A stretch of DNA of 64,000 bases from Adineta vaga. Taxonomy: Eukaryota > Animalia > Rotifera. The stretch lies in assembly GCA_021613535.1 (NCBI GenBank), contig CP075493.1, forward strand, positions 11,718,001 to 11,782,000. Direction: 5' to 3'. Below the pieces are notes generated by a model. It was not told the origin of the DNA and ran no database searches. It was given only the letters and a program-made list of their open reading frames with translations. Positions 1-12,810 of the stretch are shown piece after piece (position 1 is the stretch's first letter; each line of letters starts with the position of its first letter). Both the position numbers and the translations under genes were made by a program.

Positions 1-135
1 TGTCTCGAGTAAACCACTTAGTTCCCTAGCATTTTTAACCGCATGTTCTAGCCGATTCTCTTTCAGTTTATAGGTACCGTTACCAATAATGAGTGCTCGT
101 TTCTTATGAGATGAAGAATTATCGGCACTTGGCAT
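1..135 (-). CDS. 5' end of a caspase-like (peptidase C14) gene, paralog of the gene at 749; runs off the window
   Basis: Manual translation from ATG at 135: MPSADNSSSHKKRALIIGNGTYKLKENRLEHAVKNARELSGLLET, aligning to MARSNDDSSQHRKLALVIGNGDYSLRENRLDYSRKNAQSIANLLEQ of the 749 ORF. Confidence 0.85.
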   Translation of the reverse strand, partial: MPSADNSSSHKKRALIIGNGTYKLKENRLEHAVKNARELSGLLET

Positions 136-748
136 ATTTTTATTTATATCTAAAATACAACCTCCGACAAGCAATACCTTCGAACTTAACAAAATTATTC
201 TGCGACATTTCATTAAAAAAAAGTTGCATCGTCTGCATACAAAATCAGGGGTAATATTTCAACACATTTAACTTTATTTTTCATCGAAAAAAAATTCCAA
301 CTAAACAAGATTTCGTAAGTGATGTGTTGTGATGCTTTGTATGTTGGAAAAAATTAAAATGCATTTGTCGTTAAAAAAAACAGACGAATTCATACAAACT
401 TAAAAACAACAACAAAGATTATGTTTACCGAGCACAAAAAAGAGAAAGTGAGTAACTTTTCTTGCTTCCAACCGATTTTTACCCTAAACGACATTTTTTT
501 ATGCTAAATCATGCTATACATACATACGTGATTTTTAATATTACCTTGCGTTCAGCGCCAAAAAGGTATCCAACGATGAAACACTGTGTAAACATCCTCT
601 CTAGGTCTATTGAAACCTGTTGAGTGAAATTTTACATTTTCGAGGAAGTATTGTATTTACATTCGAAAAATACAATGCGAATATAAAATAAAGTGTCAGT
701 ACATGATCAATCTTTAGATTTAGCTAATATTTCAGATATAGAGCAGAA

Positions 749-2870
749 ATGGCACGTTCTAATGACGATTCATCACAACATCGAAAGTTAGCATTAGTCA
801 TTGGAAATGGCGATTATAGTCTACGAGAAAATCGATTAGATTATTCAAGAAAAAATGCTCAAAGTATTGCCAATTTATTAGAACAACTAGGATTCGATGT
901 GAAACTTGCCCATGATTTACCTAAACATGAATTGACCACATGTATTATTGATTTTTCTAAAAAAATCGAAGATGGTGATTTAGTCGTATTCTATTTCTGT
1001 GGTCATGCATGTTATAGTAACGGCGATAACTATCTCATACCCGTCTGTGATAATCAGATAGTTGCACAAGACGATATGAAGGACTTTGCTAATAAATACG
1101 AACATATGGTATCACGTATACTAGAAAAAAATGAATCATATGTAACTATTCTAATTTTTGACTGTGCAAAATCATATTTAACAAAGAGTACAAGAAAATC
1201 AAAATGTAAGTATAAGATCATTAAATGCTTTGAAAAGATACAAGTCATATTAATTTAGCATTAAGCCAATGTGATGGATTAGTGGAGACAAAACCATCTG
1301 CTGGAACAATAGTGCAATTTGCCCGTTCTACTAATCAACATGCAAAAGACAATAATGATACAGGCTCGTACAATTTATATTTTAGACATTTATTAAATAG
1401 CATTGCTGAAGAAAATGTTGATATTGCGGATGCTTTTCAACGTATTGACAATGCTGTACGCCAGGAAAGTAAAAATACACAAAAACCTGTATCTATGAAT
1501 GGTTTACGCAAAAACCAATTGATTTGCCTCAATCTTGTTGTCAAACCTGTTGAGAGTAAGTTGATATTAATATGTACAAAAGAATTGCATCTTTCTGTCG
1601 CTCTTACTCTCTCATCAATCTATCGGTTTTGTAATTTATAGAATGGGATGAAATCAAACCAAGTGAGATGGCATCCGTAAAGAAAAAACAAACGGAGATG
1701 AGGGCGTGTTATGATAATTTTCCAAGTATTGATGATCTTACCAAAAAAAACAAACCAAGTATTGCAAGAGCAGAGAAATTGACACAACAGATTTTATCAC
1801 AACCACCATCGGGAGATGCCGGGCAAAGGGATACTGCATGCCATGTTCTACACAAACTCTTCGAACAGGAAAATCAAGAATGTTTATTCTTTGATTCCAC
1901 TCAAAACATGACACTTCATGATGCATCAGGAAGTTTGGCTGATTTTAGTTCTCAAGAAAAACCATTTGTTTTAAAATTAAACAATGTCGATGGACTCGGT
2001 GATAAAACGTATGCTGATGATGGGCAAAATGGTTTAAATGCTGTTGAAACATTGGATCGTGCACTTCAGCAAAACGAATCACATCCTGTTATTGAAGACA
2101 TTACTGAGCGGTTAGCTAAAGCACATAATGTTGATAAGAAACAGATCAATATTCAGAATTTTTTCCATGGATCCTGTAATGTCATTTATACTGTGGATGA
2201 TTTACCACGTAAGGTAGTTGAATCACTACCAGATATTCCAGAAAGATTAAAACAGCAATTCGAACAATTTCAATCGGCAAAAATTCATCCATTGTTATTT
2301 CGACCATCGTTTGACATATCACAATTTGATGAACGTGGAAATAAAGTATTTGAGAATCAAAATACATTTAAAGTTGGGCCACCTGGACGACAGCAAACAT
2401 ATATTCAACCAGGCGGATGGGCACGATATGGATTGAAAGTATTAGGTAGATATGGAAGCGATGATTGGCTACATCCATTTGGAAACCCAGGAAATTGGTA
2501 TAAGGCCTATCATGGAACCGGACGAGCCAGAGGTTCAGATTTCGGTAAGGCGGATGGTGACATTAAAACAGATTATGCCTGTGTCGATGCTCTTGCAAAT
2601 ATTCATGCCAAAGGCTTTCAGAAAGCACGAGTTCATGTTCACGGAGAAGGTGTTTACTGTTCTCCCGATCCCACTTTCCCAGATACTGATGGAAATGGGT
2701 ATGTCAGAACAGTGAAGTTGAATACCAAACAAGGAGAAAAACATTTTCGATGCATGCTACAAGTGGCTGTGAATCCAGATGGTGTAACGTTTACCTCAAT
2801 GGAAAAGATATGGCTTGTTCAAGATCCTAAAGATATTCGAACCTATGGAATATTAATAAGGGAAGCTTAA
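749..2870 (+). CDS. Caspase-like (peptidase C14, para/metacaspase type) domain fused to a C-terminal ADP-ribosyltransferase-like domain; 3 exons, about 660 aa
   Basis: Exons 749-1205, 1259-1555 and 1642-2870 join in frame via GT-AG introns. Caspase motifs LALVIGNGDY, YFCGHA (His) and IFDCAK (Cys). C-terminal GWARYGLKV, AYHGT, GVYCSP and YGILIRE resemble the NEURL4/PARP-like ART fold. Confidence 0.8.
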
Positions 2871-3180
2871 TTCAAAACCAACACGAAGTTTTATTTGAGC
2901 TGAGCAACACCGATACGATGAACTATCCATTTGTTTTTCTTCTTGTATTATCACCTATTTTTTATAATCTCATTCAAAATAAATAGATAAAGCTTTTCTA
3001 CTCTATGCTGTTATTGTATATATCAGAATATATGAAATAACTATTTATTTATTTGATCAATTGGAAAAATGATAGTGGAATACAAATCAAACTAGTTATT
3101 ATCTTAATTAATTAGTTACGCTTGTCATTCACTTCAATCGTTAGATTCAAGTATTGTTCTAATTCATAGTTTGATAATTA

Positions 3181-4914
3181 TTATTCTAGCCATATATCCA
3201 ATCGAGTATCTTCTACAGCCCATGTATATTGAATTCCTGTTTCATTTTTGTGTAGCCATTTTTTCAATTGTTTTAAATCGATTAATTCTGGTTCATTGAT
3301 GATGACAGCATAGATCAAATGACATAAATCATTGATCAATATAGGCAAACATTCCAATTCATTGATACGCATCTCCAGATATTCTAGGTTGGGGAAAAGT
3401 TGTGTGATTAATTTGACATCATTTTGATTATAAAAGTAACAGTGCATTGTTTCACTAAGAATTAATTTCTTAAGTGTAAGTATGGGCGATAAAATTGCTT
3501 TGAAACGATCAATATCACCATCATAGCATCGTATCGATAGCGAAACAAGATTCGTCATTGCTGGTAGAGCTGCGAAGAGTTGTGAGCTATTCAGAATGAA
3601 AGTTTCGACTTTTGTTAAATCTATATACTGAAAAATAATGGAAAGATCATGTTTATAATCAGGACTTTGGCTAGATTGTGGGCGAATTGTTGTGACATTG
3701 GTATATTGTCGGTATTCAGCCTTCAAATTATCTGATTGTTTTGATGATGGTAATAATCCGAGCGTTTTTATACTTTTAAAACTCGGATGTCTTGAGTTTG
3801 AAATCCATGGTACATTTGGACGAAAGATAATTTTACCTTGAATTGGTGGAGGTAAACTGTAAAGTTCAATCGTATCAACATCATTATCAGGTCGATCAGC
3901 AACAAACCACCACTTCTTGTCTTCAGTCCAAAAAGAATTACAATAAGGTTGAATCACATCTGAAATTGATGAAGATTGTGCGGCTTCAAGACCAACATTT
4001 AAACGAAAGTCAGTTAAGTGTGGTAAATATTTATGTATTAAATCTTCCCAGACTTGGCCATCTTGATATTGTGCCCCGCAAGTATAATCACAAATAAATG
4101 CACTAAACCAAAATGTATGCAATTGTGAAAGATTACGAAGAAATCTTGCCATATTTTTAAAGGGAACTATTCCAGTCATTGTAATAACTAATTTTCGTAA
4201 ATTCGAGCCATAATCAAAACTATTTAAATTGTCAATGTATTCGTGTTCTGTTCGTCCCATCAAGATAACATCCATGGATGTTATTTGTGACAAGACAGAT
4301 AAAAATCGATAAAAAATATTAAAAGTAATCGGAATTTGAAGTACAAATTCTTGAATATTTGGAACACCCGAATGGAGTTTATCCAAATTACTTTCATCGA
4401 AACCTAAACTTGAACTGGGCCTATTATAACCAAGTTTAAGGTATGTCAGTGATGGCATTTTAATACTCATAACTTTAACTACAAATTTTCCGAATGATTT
4501 TTCTCGTTCATGCATGACGGTTAATGAACGAAGGTTTGTAAAACGATTTAAACATCCATCAACAATATCCATAGATCCTTTGGTCAAATGCGTTAGTGTC
4601 AACGATTGCAAAAGATGGTTGATATCTTTGGATTTTAACTGTGAAAACAGTTTCTTGGTAGAGTCCTCCATGATTTGTGAAGAGAACTTAATATCAAATG
4701 GACTATGAACCTTCTTTAGAATACATTGGCAAATATAATCAAATTGAGATTTACGACAGCAACTGAGATCTAAATTTGTTTTGTGCACTTGTAATGAATC
4801 ATTGAGACGAGTACTTATATCATAAAAGGCATGCCATGCATCAATAGCAGTTAAATAACCAAGTATTTTAAAAACAAGTTCATTAGGTAATTTATCAAAC
4901 ATTGTACCTGTCAT
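3181..4914 (-). CDS. F-box / LRR-like protein (intronless)
   Basis: 577 aa ORF; N-terminal FDKLPNELVFKILGYL F-box; LxxLxL repeats; FWTEDKKW and LYSLP motifs typical of this family. Confidence 0.8.
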   Translation of the reverse strand: MTGTMFDKLPNELVFKILGYLTAIDAWHAFYDISTRLNDSLQVHKTNLDLSCCRKSQFDYICQCILKKVHSPFDIKFSSQIMEDSTKKLFSQLKSKDINHLLQSLTLTHLTKGSMDIVDGCLNRFTNLRSLTVMHEREKSFGKFVVKVMSIKMPSLTYLKLGYNRPSSSLGFDESNLDKLHSGVPNIQEFVLQIPITFNIFYRFLSVLSQITSMDVILMGRTEHEYIDNLNSFDYGSNLRKLVITMTGIVPFKNMARFLRNLSQLHTFWFSAFICDYTCGAQYQDGQVWEDLIHKYLPHLTDFRLNVGLEAAQSSSISDVIQPYCNSFWTEDKKWWFVADRPDNDVDTIELYSLPPPIQGKIIFRPNVPWISNSRHPSFKSIKTLGLLPSSKQSDNLKAEYRQYTNVTTIRPQSSQSPDYKHDLSIIFQYIDLTKVETFILNSSQLFAALPAMTNLVSLSIRCYDGDIDRFKAILSPILTLKKLILSETMHCYFYNQNDVKLITQLFPNLEYLEMRINELECLPILINDLCHLIYAVIINEPELIDLKQLKKWLHKNETGIQYTWAVEDTRLDIWLE

Positions 4915-5520
4915 TATAATATATAATTTATGTTTGCAACAACAAAATTATGCGCAAAATACTAAACTGATTTCAACGTGTGTGTGTGTGTGTATGGAAA
5001 TGCTTTTCATTCGTTGAAAATATTAAAGAGAAGAATAAACCATTAAAAAAATGTTCGCACAGTCTAAAGTGCAACTTAATAGCATTCTTTTCTTCCTTTC
5101 TCTTTCTACTGTATTTGACAACATAAAAAGCTATGTAAACATCGGCAAAGAAATGAAAAAGTTTATGACGCTGTACGTGGTTGTGGAGATTTGAATGCAT
5201 TGACTGATCTACGTCTACTCATCTATATGCCTATGTAGGTTATTGAAGTATGATATTTCGTCGTTCGTAGTAATTGTTACGTATATAGAAAAGTTTCTGC
5301 TTTGTCAACAATTTCTTTTTAATTTTAAAACGACAACACTAATGATGTATGCTAAGTATACATGTGATTTTGTTTTAAAGGAAATTCGGGGTCAACTAGC
5401 TAAGAGATAGAAAAAAGTACATTTGGTCTATAATTGCCAAATATTGTAAATGATATGTCAACTGAACAGATGCTTATAAACATAGATTCGCATACGATCA
5501 TGCATTCATTGGAAATCAAA

Positions 5521-8260
5521 ATGATGCTGTGTCACACACAAAAACTGCTGCTATTCTTTATCAGCTTTCTTTGTGTACGTACCTCTAAGCCTGGCTCAGG
5601 TGGTCCTGGTTCAAGTAGTGTATTTTCACCTGATCTAACTGATTTTGATGCGTACGGTACTAAAGTTGCGGCTAATGATGTTTTAACAGTTTTGGTGGAA
5701 TCTGATTCGCAAAAAGTTATCGTTCAATTTGCTCCCTATGATTATACAATATCAGCTCTTTCATGTTCATTTGGTATTCCAAATCTGTATATCTATTCGG
5801 TTGCTGTCGGTCGATATCAAACTAAAAAACAATTCGTATTTAATGGAGAAGATTCAGCTGGTAATATCTATGTAGGAGTGGCTGTCTATCAAAGTTCGTC
5901 ACCATGTACGTTCACTTGGACTGTTCATTTAGTGTCAAATACGCATCAAGAATTCTATGTGATCAGTGTTGATCCAACAGGTTCAATAGCTTATGGCAGT
6001 TTTCAAGGTGTTTTCTTTATCTATGGGCTTACTTCACCTTACCCATACAGTAACTATACGTTTACTACCGATCCGGGATTCATGCCTCACGCAATGGATG
6101 TACAAGATTCATCGATAATAATGACTGGTTATACAAATAGATCTCTTATTGCTCCACAACTGTATAGACCAGTTGTATATCTCATGGATATATACGGTAA
6201 TTATAAAGCGTCGTGGTACTACACTTCAGACGGTAGGCAGCTGGCAAGCAGACTTAACCAACGCAGGTGCAGATTCGTACGCAGCGCGTTTTGACATGTC
6301 TGTTGATATTAGCGATACAAATGGTTACGTATTAGTTGGTATTCAATCGATTAACACTGTGTTCGTTTTTTTAATTGATCATGTCAATAGCCCAACATCT
6401 CTTACTGCACTAAATAATTTCAGTAATGGAAATACTGCTATAGGTTTTGGTAAGGCAGTTACTTTTCTGGATAGCATTGGTCAAAATGCAGCTATTCTTA
6501 GCAATAAATATACCGTTCTCACTTATCAATGGATCTCATCACAAGTACAGATCTATTCAAATATATGGACAAATCCGACTTTGATTTCTGGATGGCCCAA
6601 TAGTCAACAAACCCTAGGTGCAACCACATTTAATCCATCATTTCTCAATATTATCTCTACACCCACATCACTTGTCGTATTAGATATTTCGGGCAATGTT
6701 TATATTATTCTACCTTCTGCACCAGGTCTCAATTCACAGACAAATGTTGGCGGTGGTCTCAATCCTTCATTTTCTATTCCAACAGCATGTTTAGGTGGAA
6801 TGTACAAAAATATAACAAGCATCATGCCCTGTAATCTTTGTTCCGCTGGAACTAAAAACCCAGGAGGATACGGTACATCATGTGAAACATGCAATACTAC
6901 TTCATTTTGTCCTCTAGGATCTGTTGGAGATGTACCACAAACAGAACTAGATATTCTTACTCAAGCTACTTCCTATCCTCTATCACCTGAATCGACAATT
7001 TTCGATGAAATTCTTGTACAAAACATGTTTTCAATTGGATCATCCACGCATTGTCTTATGGTATCACCATCATTCTGGGCTATAATAAGTGCCGCATTTG
7101 CAATTTTGATGCTTATTATTATGACCATTTTGAGATACATTCCACGTGCACACAAATTACTTCACATTATGAAGTTAGCTTTTCAGCATGGAGATCTTGT
7201 TCGTGAAGGAGAAATGTGGATAGGTGGCCTAGCATCAATGGCTGTCGTCATACTCATGTCATTTGCTGTTCATTTTAGTATCTTGTATTATCATCAATAT
7301 CCGATTGAAACATCAAATGATTCGTTATTTGCATGTGACGTTTCTATTCGCAATGCACAATTTAGTACCACTGTCCAACTACTTGGTACACCACCGAATC
7401 TCGAAGATCAACCAATATTTGATATGATGAACACTCAAACATTCACTCTCAATTTACGTTTTATCAATACACTATTTACGTGTGCTTCGATAACGATACT
7501 CAATATGCGTCTAACTATTCCAATAACAGTTACTCCTCTAAGTTGTACGTCTCCTACAAATACTAGTGCTATTCTATCAATTTCAATTGCACTAGCATCA
7601 CTTAACAATAATTTCAAAATAATATTGAGTGGTGTTCTTCCAATTGGTGCACTATCAATTGGTATGACAGCATCGTCAAGTGAAAATGAAACATACCTAT
7701 TGCGTGATCTCAATTTCAGTCAATCCTACTATCAAAATGGACGAATGCTCGCACCTGATTCGACTATTACGATGCAATTGTCGAAAGTCATCAATATTAC
7801 TGAACCGATCGATAGTTCACATGAAACTGAATATACTGCATTATTTATTCCGACATTTCTCGTTAATTTGGATCAAATGCTAGTAAACATAGCTGATTAT
7901 GCAGTACAAACCATTACAGAAACATCTGTTTCACTTGTCATTAGTGAAACACCCTACTTTATCGTTAATCGTCAAAGTCCCATTGCCAAATTGAATGAAA
8001 TCATCTTTCATAATATCGTTTTTCTTATTGTCTGCTTAGAAATGTTTGGCCTTGTGTTTTTAATCATGAAATTATTTATTCTACCATTGATTGGAATCAT
8101 CACTGAAAAACTCGGATGTGAAATGGCCAATAAAGAGCATTCCGAATCCGAGACAACAAAAGAACATTCTATACCTAAAAACGTGCGTCGACACCAGAAA
8201 GTATCGCCAGAAGTATCCGATGAATTTCAATGGTGGAAACCTGCTCCTAAAACGCACTGA
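5521..8260 (+). CDS. Signal-peptide multi-pass membrane protein (beta-rich ectodomain, Cys-rich GCC2/GCC3-like repeat, 3 TM segments); one +1 frameshift near 6235
   Basis: ORFs 5434-6294 and 6149-8260 are consecutive halves of one protein. Homologous to the 20824 and 43936 genes (YGxKxAxND, GF/YGKxV, FCPLG/YCPYG, YPxSPE..FDxIL.QN, GEMWIGGL, LE.FGL.FL). Confidence 0.75.
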
Positions 8261-8449
8261 AAATTCTTGACTTTTAACATTTAAAAAAAATATATACGTA
8301 ATACATTATATGCTCTTCTTACTCTTGCTTCTGTTTTTATCGGTCATAGTTTCGCAATCTTTATATACTTACTAGCTTTTCGTTTCATGTTCCTTATCAT
8401 TCATTATAAGAAAAAAAAACTTCTTCATCTTTTCAAACGAATTCAAACG

Positions 8450-10256
8450 ATGAATGATAGCGGTGAAAAACTTCCAAATATACCTACTTGGTTTGATTAT
8501 TTACCGTTTGAATTAATAATAGAAATATTCAAATATTGGTCATACAATAATGTCATTCATACATTCTTTTATTTCAATCAACGAATAAATCATTTCTTAC
8601 AACAAACAAATTCTCTCACTTATTTCGAATTACCAACAACAACAACAACAGATGAAATATTTTCTCCAGATATGTATTCATTGCTTGGACCTAAAATTCA
8701 AGCAATAACAATGCCCACGAATATTATTTCCTAATCTGAAATCAATTCTTATTTATTCTATTGATAATGCACCAGAAAAACACTTAGAACCGATTTTTAT
8801 CAGCGATCAATTTGTAAAGCTTCATTCATTATCTATTAAATCGAATGAAATGCTATTTATACCAATATGTCCGATTAACTTAGATCTACAAGATTTGTTT
8901 TTAAGAAAAATATTTCAAAATAATAATTCTTTAAAAAAATTCAAGTATTCATCTCTTATTCTATCCTTGACACAAAAATCAATATCAAATTGGAGTGTAA
9001 ATACAAATCTTCATTCATTAACATTAAATTTACAAAATTTCATTGATTTATATTCTATCATTGCCTATGTTCCTAATTTACAATATCTAAATATCAATTC
9101 TAAACCACCATTTTCACTTCAAGGACAAAATCACTTGTTCAATATTGATCGAATTCAATTAAAACAACTCTTTCTTCGATTCAATGATTTTTCCTATGGC
9201 ACAAATCGTTTCCAAGCTACCCGAATCGATTTTATTCAATTAATTAACTTCATCCAGCAGTTTTCATCCTCATTAATTTGTTTATCATTGAATTTAATTG
9301 GTATTTATATTACATCACCAAATGATTTACCCTTCAATGGTAATCAACTTCAACAACAATTATTACAATCAATGATACAATTGAAAAAATTTCATCTACA
9401 TGCAATACTAACTCAAGATACGATTGATGCTGCAAGTCTTATATTAACATTTCGAACACAATTTTGGTTCGATCATCGTTGGATCGTTGGAATGCATAGA
9501 AATTATTTATATACTTTACCATTTCATTTTGATCAACTCTGGGATTTCAATGGCTTCAATCGGATTAATTCGAATGATAATGCAATGGTTAAAAATAACT
9601 CGTCTATATGGTATAATGTAGAATATATTCGATTTCGAGGATTTAATATCAATATTTTCAAACAAATTAAAACAAAAATGCCTCATCTCAAGTCAATATC
9701 AATCGATTATTCTTCACAAACAGAAAACAATCATCAACTGGATATAAGATTAGAATCTGTTACAATGATTCATTTCATTCACGGATCATTAAAACATGAA
9801 ACACAATGGTTAATTCATGCATTACCGAATTTACGATCATTACATTTAACTTATACAGAATTTCCTTCGATTAGCAGTGAATTGACGTCAATATTAAATG
9901 AAAAAATTCAACAATTAATTCTAGAAGGATATTCAACAATTGAAGATTTTGAAAAACAATACTATATTCACTTTTCCAATTTATATCATCTTCAATTGAG
10001 ATGTGATTTTCGTTTTTCTCACAACTTATACACATGGTATGCAGAGAGTATATTAAAATTCTTAGACTATTTTCAATATTTAAAAAGCTTGTCGATTTAT
10101 TTCAATTTATTCAATAGTGAACTATCAAGATCTACACCTGAATTAGAATTGAAGAAAATTACTAGCGAACTAAAGACGACAGAAATTACAGAAAAATATG
10201 AAATAAAACACTTCAATTCTTATCTTATTTTTCTGAAAAAAGATGAAGCTTATTGA
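8450..10256 (+). CDS. F-box / LRR-like protein with a frameshift near 8720-8730
   Basis: FDYLPFELIIEIFKY F-box. Reading continues in another frame as FPNLKSILIYSID... into the 468 aa ORF with FWFDHRW and LYTLPF motifs. Confidence 0.7.
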
Positions 10257-10281
10257 ATAAAATGCAGCAGATAATTTTGTT

Positions 10282-12141
10282 TTAAAACAGTTTAATATAT
10301 GGTGGAGATGGTAAATTTGCATCTGTTCCACTATAGATAGCTGCTTGTTTGAATAAACATGGAGTTTCTCGCCATAGATAACGAAGACCGTAAAGTTGTT
10401 TGCCAACACATGAACTTGGTACTCCTAATGTTATCGTTAATCCACTTTTACTGGATACACTCGATGGAACCCATAAACTATCATCTGAACATTGACTTCC
10501 TTGACAACAAACCTTAATTTAAAAAAATACAGATTTAGATTTGTGTATAGAGAAACAGAAAAACAGTTCTTTACTTCAAATCCATTTGGATTACGTAAAT
10601 CAATGCTTGATACAGCCGTATAGACTATATTTAAAGTTTGACTACCAGTTGTATAAGCAACATTTTTTACGATTGGACCTTGAAATTCTACAGATTGTTT
10701 ATAAGCAACAGCAAGACCAGCGCGTGAAAGTCGATAACCAACATCATGTTTAGTTCGAGGATGAATACTGAAAGTATTTATAGTTATAGTATTGTCTTCT
10801 TCTTCATATTTATAATACTCACTTATTAGGATCATCACGTAAATCTAAAGCAACAGCCATAAATACATTCGGAACAACATTATTTGGTACATAGCCAACA
10901 TTAAAAGTTTGTTGCCATCGAAGCATAGGGAATCCTCCAATCACTCGACTATCATTTGTGAATGTAGATAACTAGCATCAATTTTATTTTAACTATGATC
11001 TTCATTTTGAAAAATGACGACTAGAATAAAACTTACTTGTACGAAACCAAATGGAAATTGAAGGTCAGTAATACCATTCGTACGTTGATTCCATACTTGT
11101 CGCCAAGATTCAATCATTTTTGCAAATTTACAAGCATATGTTGGATTACCAGCATTTGCTTCGCCTATATCAATTTAAGCATTATTCAAAAGATTAAAAT
11201 TCGACAAAATATTTACCTTGATACCAAATTGAACCGTAGACAACCATACGTGTGAATGGATATATCATTGAATTATATAAATTCGAATGATTCACTATTG
11301 GAGCATGAAAAGATCTATCATTAAATTGTCTTGTCATAACCTCATTAGTATATATAGAACTCGTATCATTACATTCATGTAGTGCATTTGGTGGCATCCA
11401 AAATTCAACTGGTGTACCACCCCAACTTGTCGCGATAAGACCGATGGGTCGACCACCCAGATCTTCATGGATCATACGACCATAAAGCCAACAAACAGCT
11501 GACATATAACTCCAATCAGGCCCACCAATACTTGCCGATGATGCAACAGACCAATTAAGAGTAATACCAAGCAATTCTTCGACAGGTGTTGATGCTGGTA
11601 TAAGTGATGCAGTGAAAACGCGTATTTTTGGGTAGTTACCGGCATTTGCTATTTCTTCTGTTGCATTGAAAATCGAACTGACTGTCATTTGCATATTCGA
11701 TTGACCAGAACAAATCCAAACATCACCAAATAACACATCATGAATTGTAATAGTAAGAAGTGTTCCGTTTGGTAATGTTTCTGTTACTTGAATGTCGTAA
11801 GGTCCTTCATCAGATACTGCATCGAGTGTTACTGACCAAATATTTTCACCAAGTCCATTCACGGGTTGTTGACGACTCATCGTTGTATATATTTTATTAT
11901 TCATCTTCAATGTAATAGGTACACCTGCATCACCATATCCCCATACAACAGCTCGTTGTGGTGCTCGTTGAAGCACCATATGACTTTGTATATAATTGGC
12001 AAAACGAAAAACGCCATTACCTAAAATCACATTTCGCTTAAACTTGTTTTCATTTTATGGAGAATAAAATCAACTACACTTACATTGAATAACAAAAGTA
12101 AAAAGTACAAGTAAACCAAACCCAACCACACGCATCTCCAT
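10282..12141 (-). CDS. SIAE: Sialate O-acetylesterase (SASA/SGNH family), multi-exon, secreted
   Basis: Signal-peptide exon from ATG 12141; motifs HMVLQR, GDVWICSGQSNM, WGGTPVEFW, IWYQG, IHPR; last exon ends ...LPSPPYIKLF with stop at 10282-10284. Confidence 0.85.
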
Positions 12142-12479
12142 GTCTTTATGAAAAAAGGTTCTTTTTGTCTGATATATATATATATCTCGAAGATAACACG
12201 CCTCTTGCATTTTTTTTCTTCATATTTTAACTAAAATGCATGTTAAGATAAAATAAAGTACCTCTCAACAACAAGGTAACTGTGTTCGTATAGATTTATC
12301 AAGATATCCACTCACAAACAACATATTTAGACGAAATAAAATGTCTTACACATAGAAAAAAAAGAATGGCTATATTTAGAGAACAATATTTATTAGAACA
12401 AGATATAAAATTAAATAAAAATTTGAATATAACTGACAGTATAACAAAAAAAAACATTTGAAAAAAACACATAAGAGTA

Positions 12480-12810
12480 TTACCAACCATTCTCCTTGCA
12501 CATACATATTAATGTATGAACGGGATGATATCCATTTTCAGAGCGAACAGGATGACGAACTAGTTTATGACGAAACATATGCTCAAGGTTGCAACTAGCA
12601 TTGTAACGTTTGGTAACATCATGACTATTACGTCGTTGATACCAATCACGGCAAGCACCACATTTTTGACATGGTTCACCACCACAACTAAGTTGGTTTT
12701 CACTGGATGGTGAAGTTGATCCAGATCCTATAGATGATATTGAATATAGTTTCGTTCAACATAATATTTCTTTGGTACTTACTTAATGATTGAACAAGCA
12801 TATAACTCAT
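12480..12810 (-). CDS. Small Cys/His-rich protein (about 91 aa, 2 exons), not in the ORF track
   Basis: Exons 12810-12783 and 12727-12480 with a GT-AG intron give MSYMLVQSLRSGSTSPSSENQLSCGGEPCQKCGACRDWYQRRNSHDVTKRYNASCNLEH...LICMCKENGW*. Confidence 0.65.

Noticed and set aside
4978-4993. (TG)n microsatellite
   Set aside because: Only about 8 units; ordinary.
6149-6294. Programmed ribosomal frameshift between overlapping ORFs
   Set aside because: No slippery heptamer; paralogs are continuous across this region, so a 1-nt indel is the simpler explanation.
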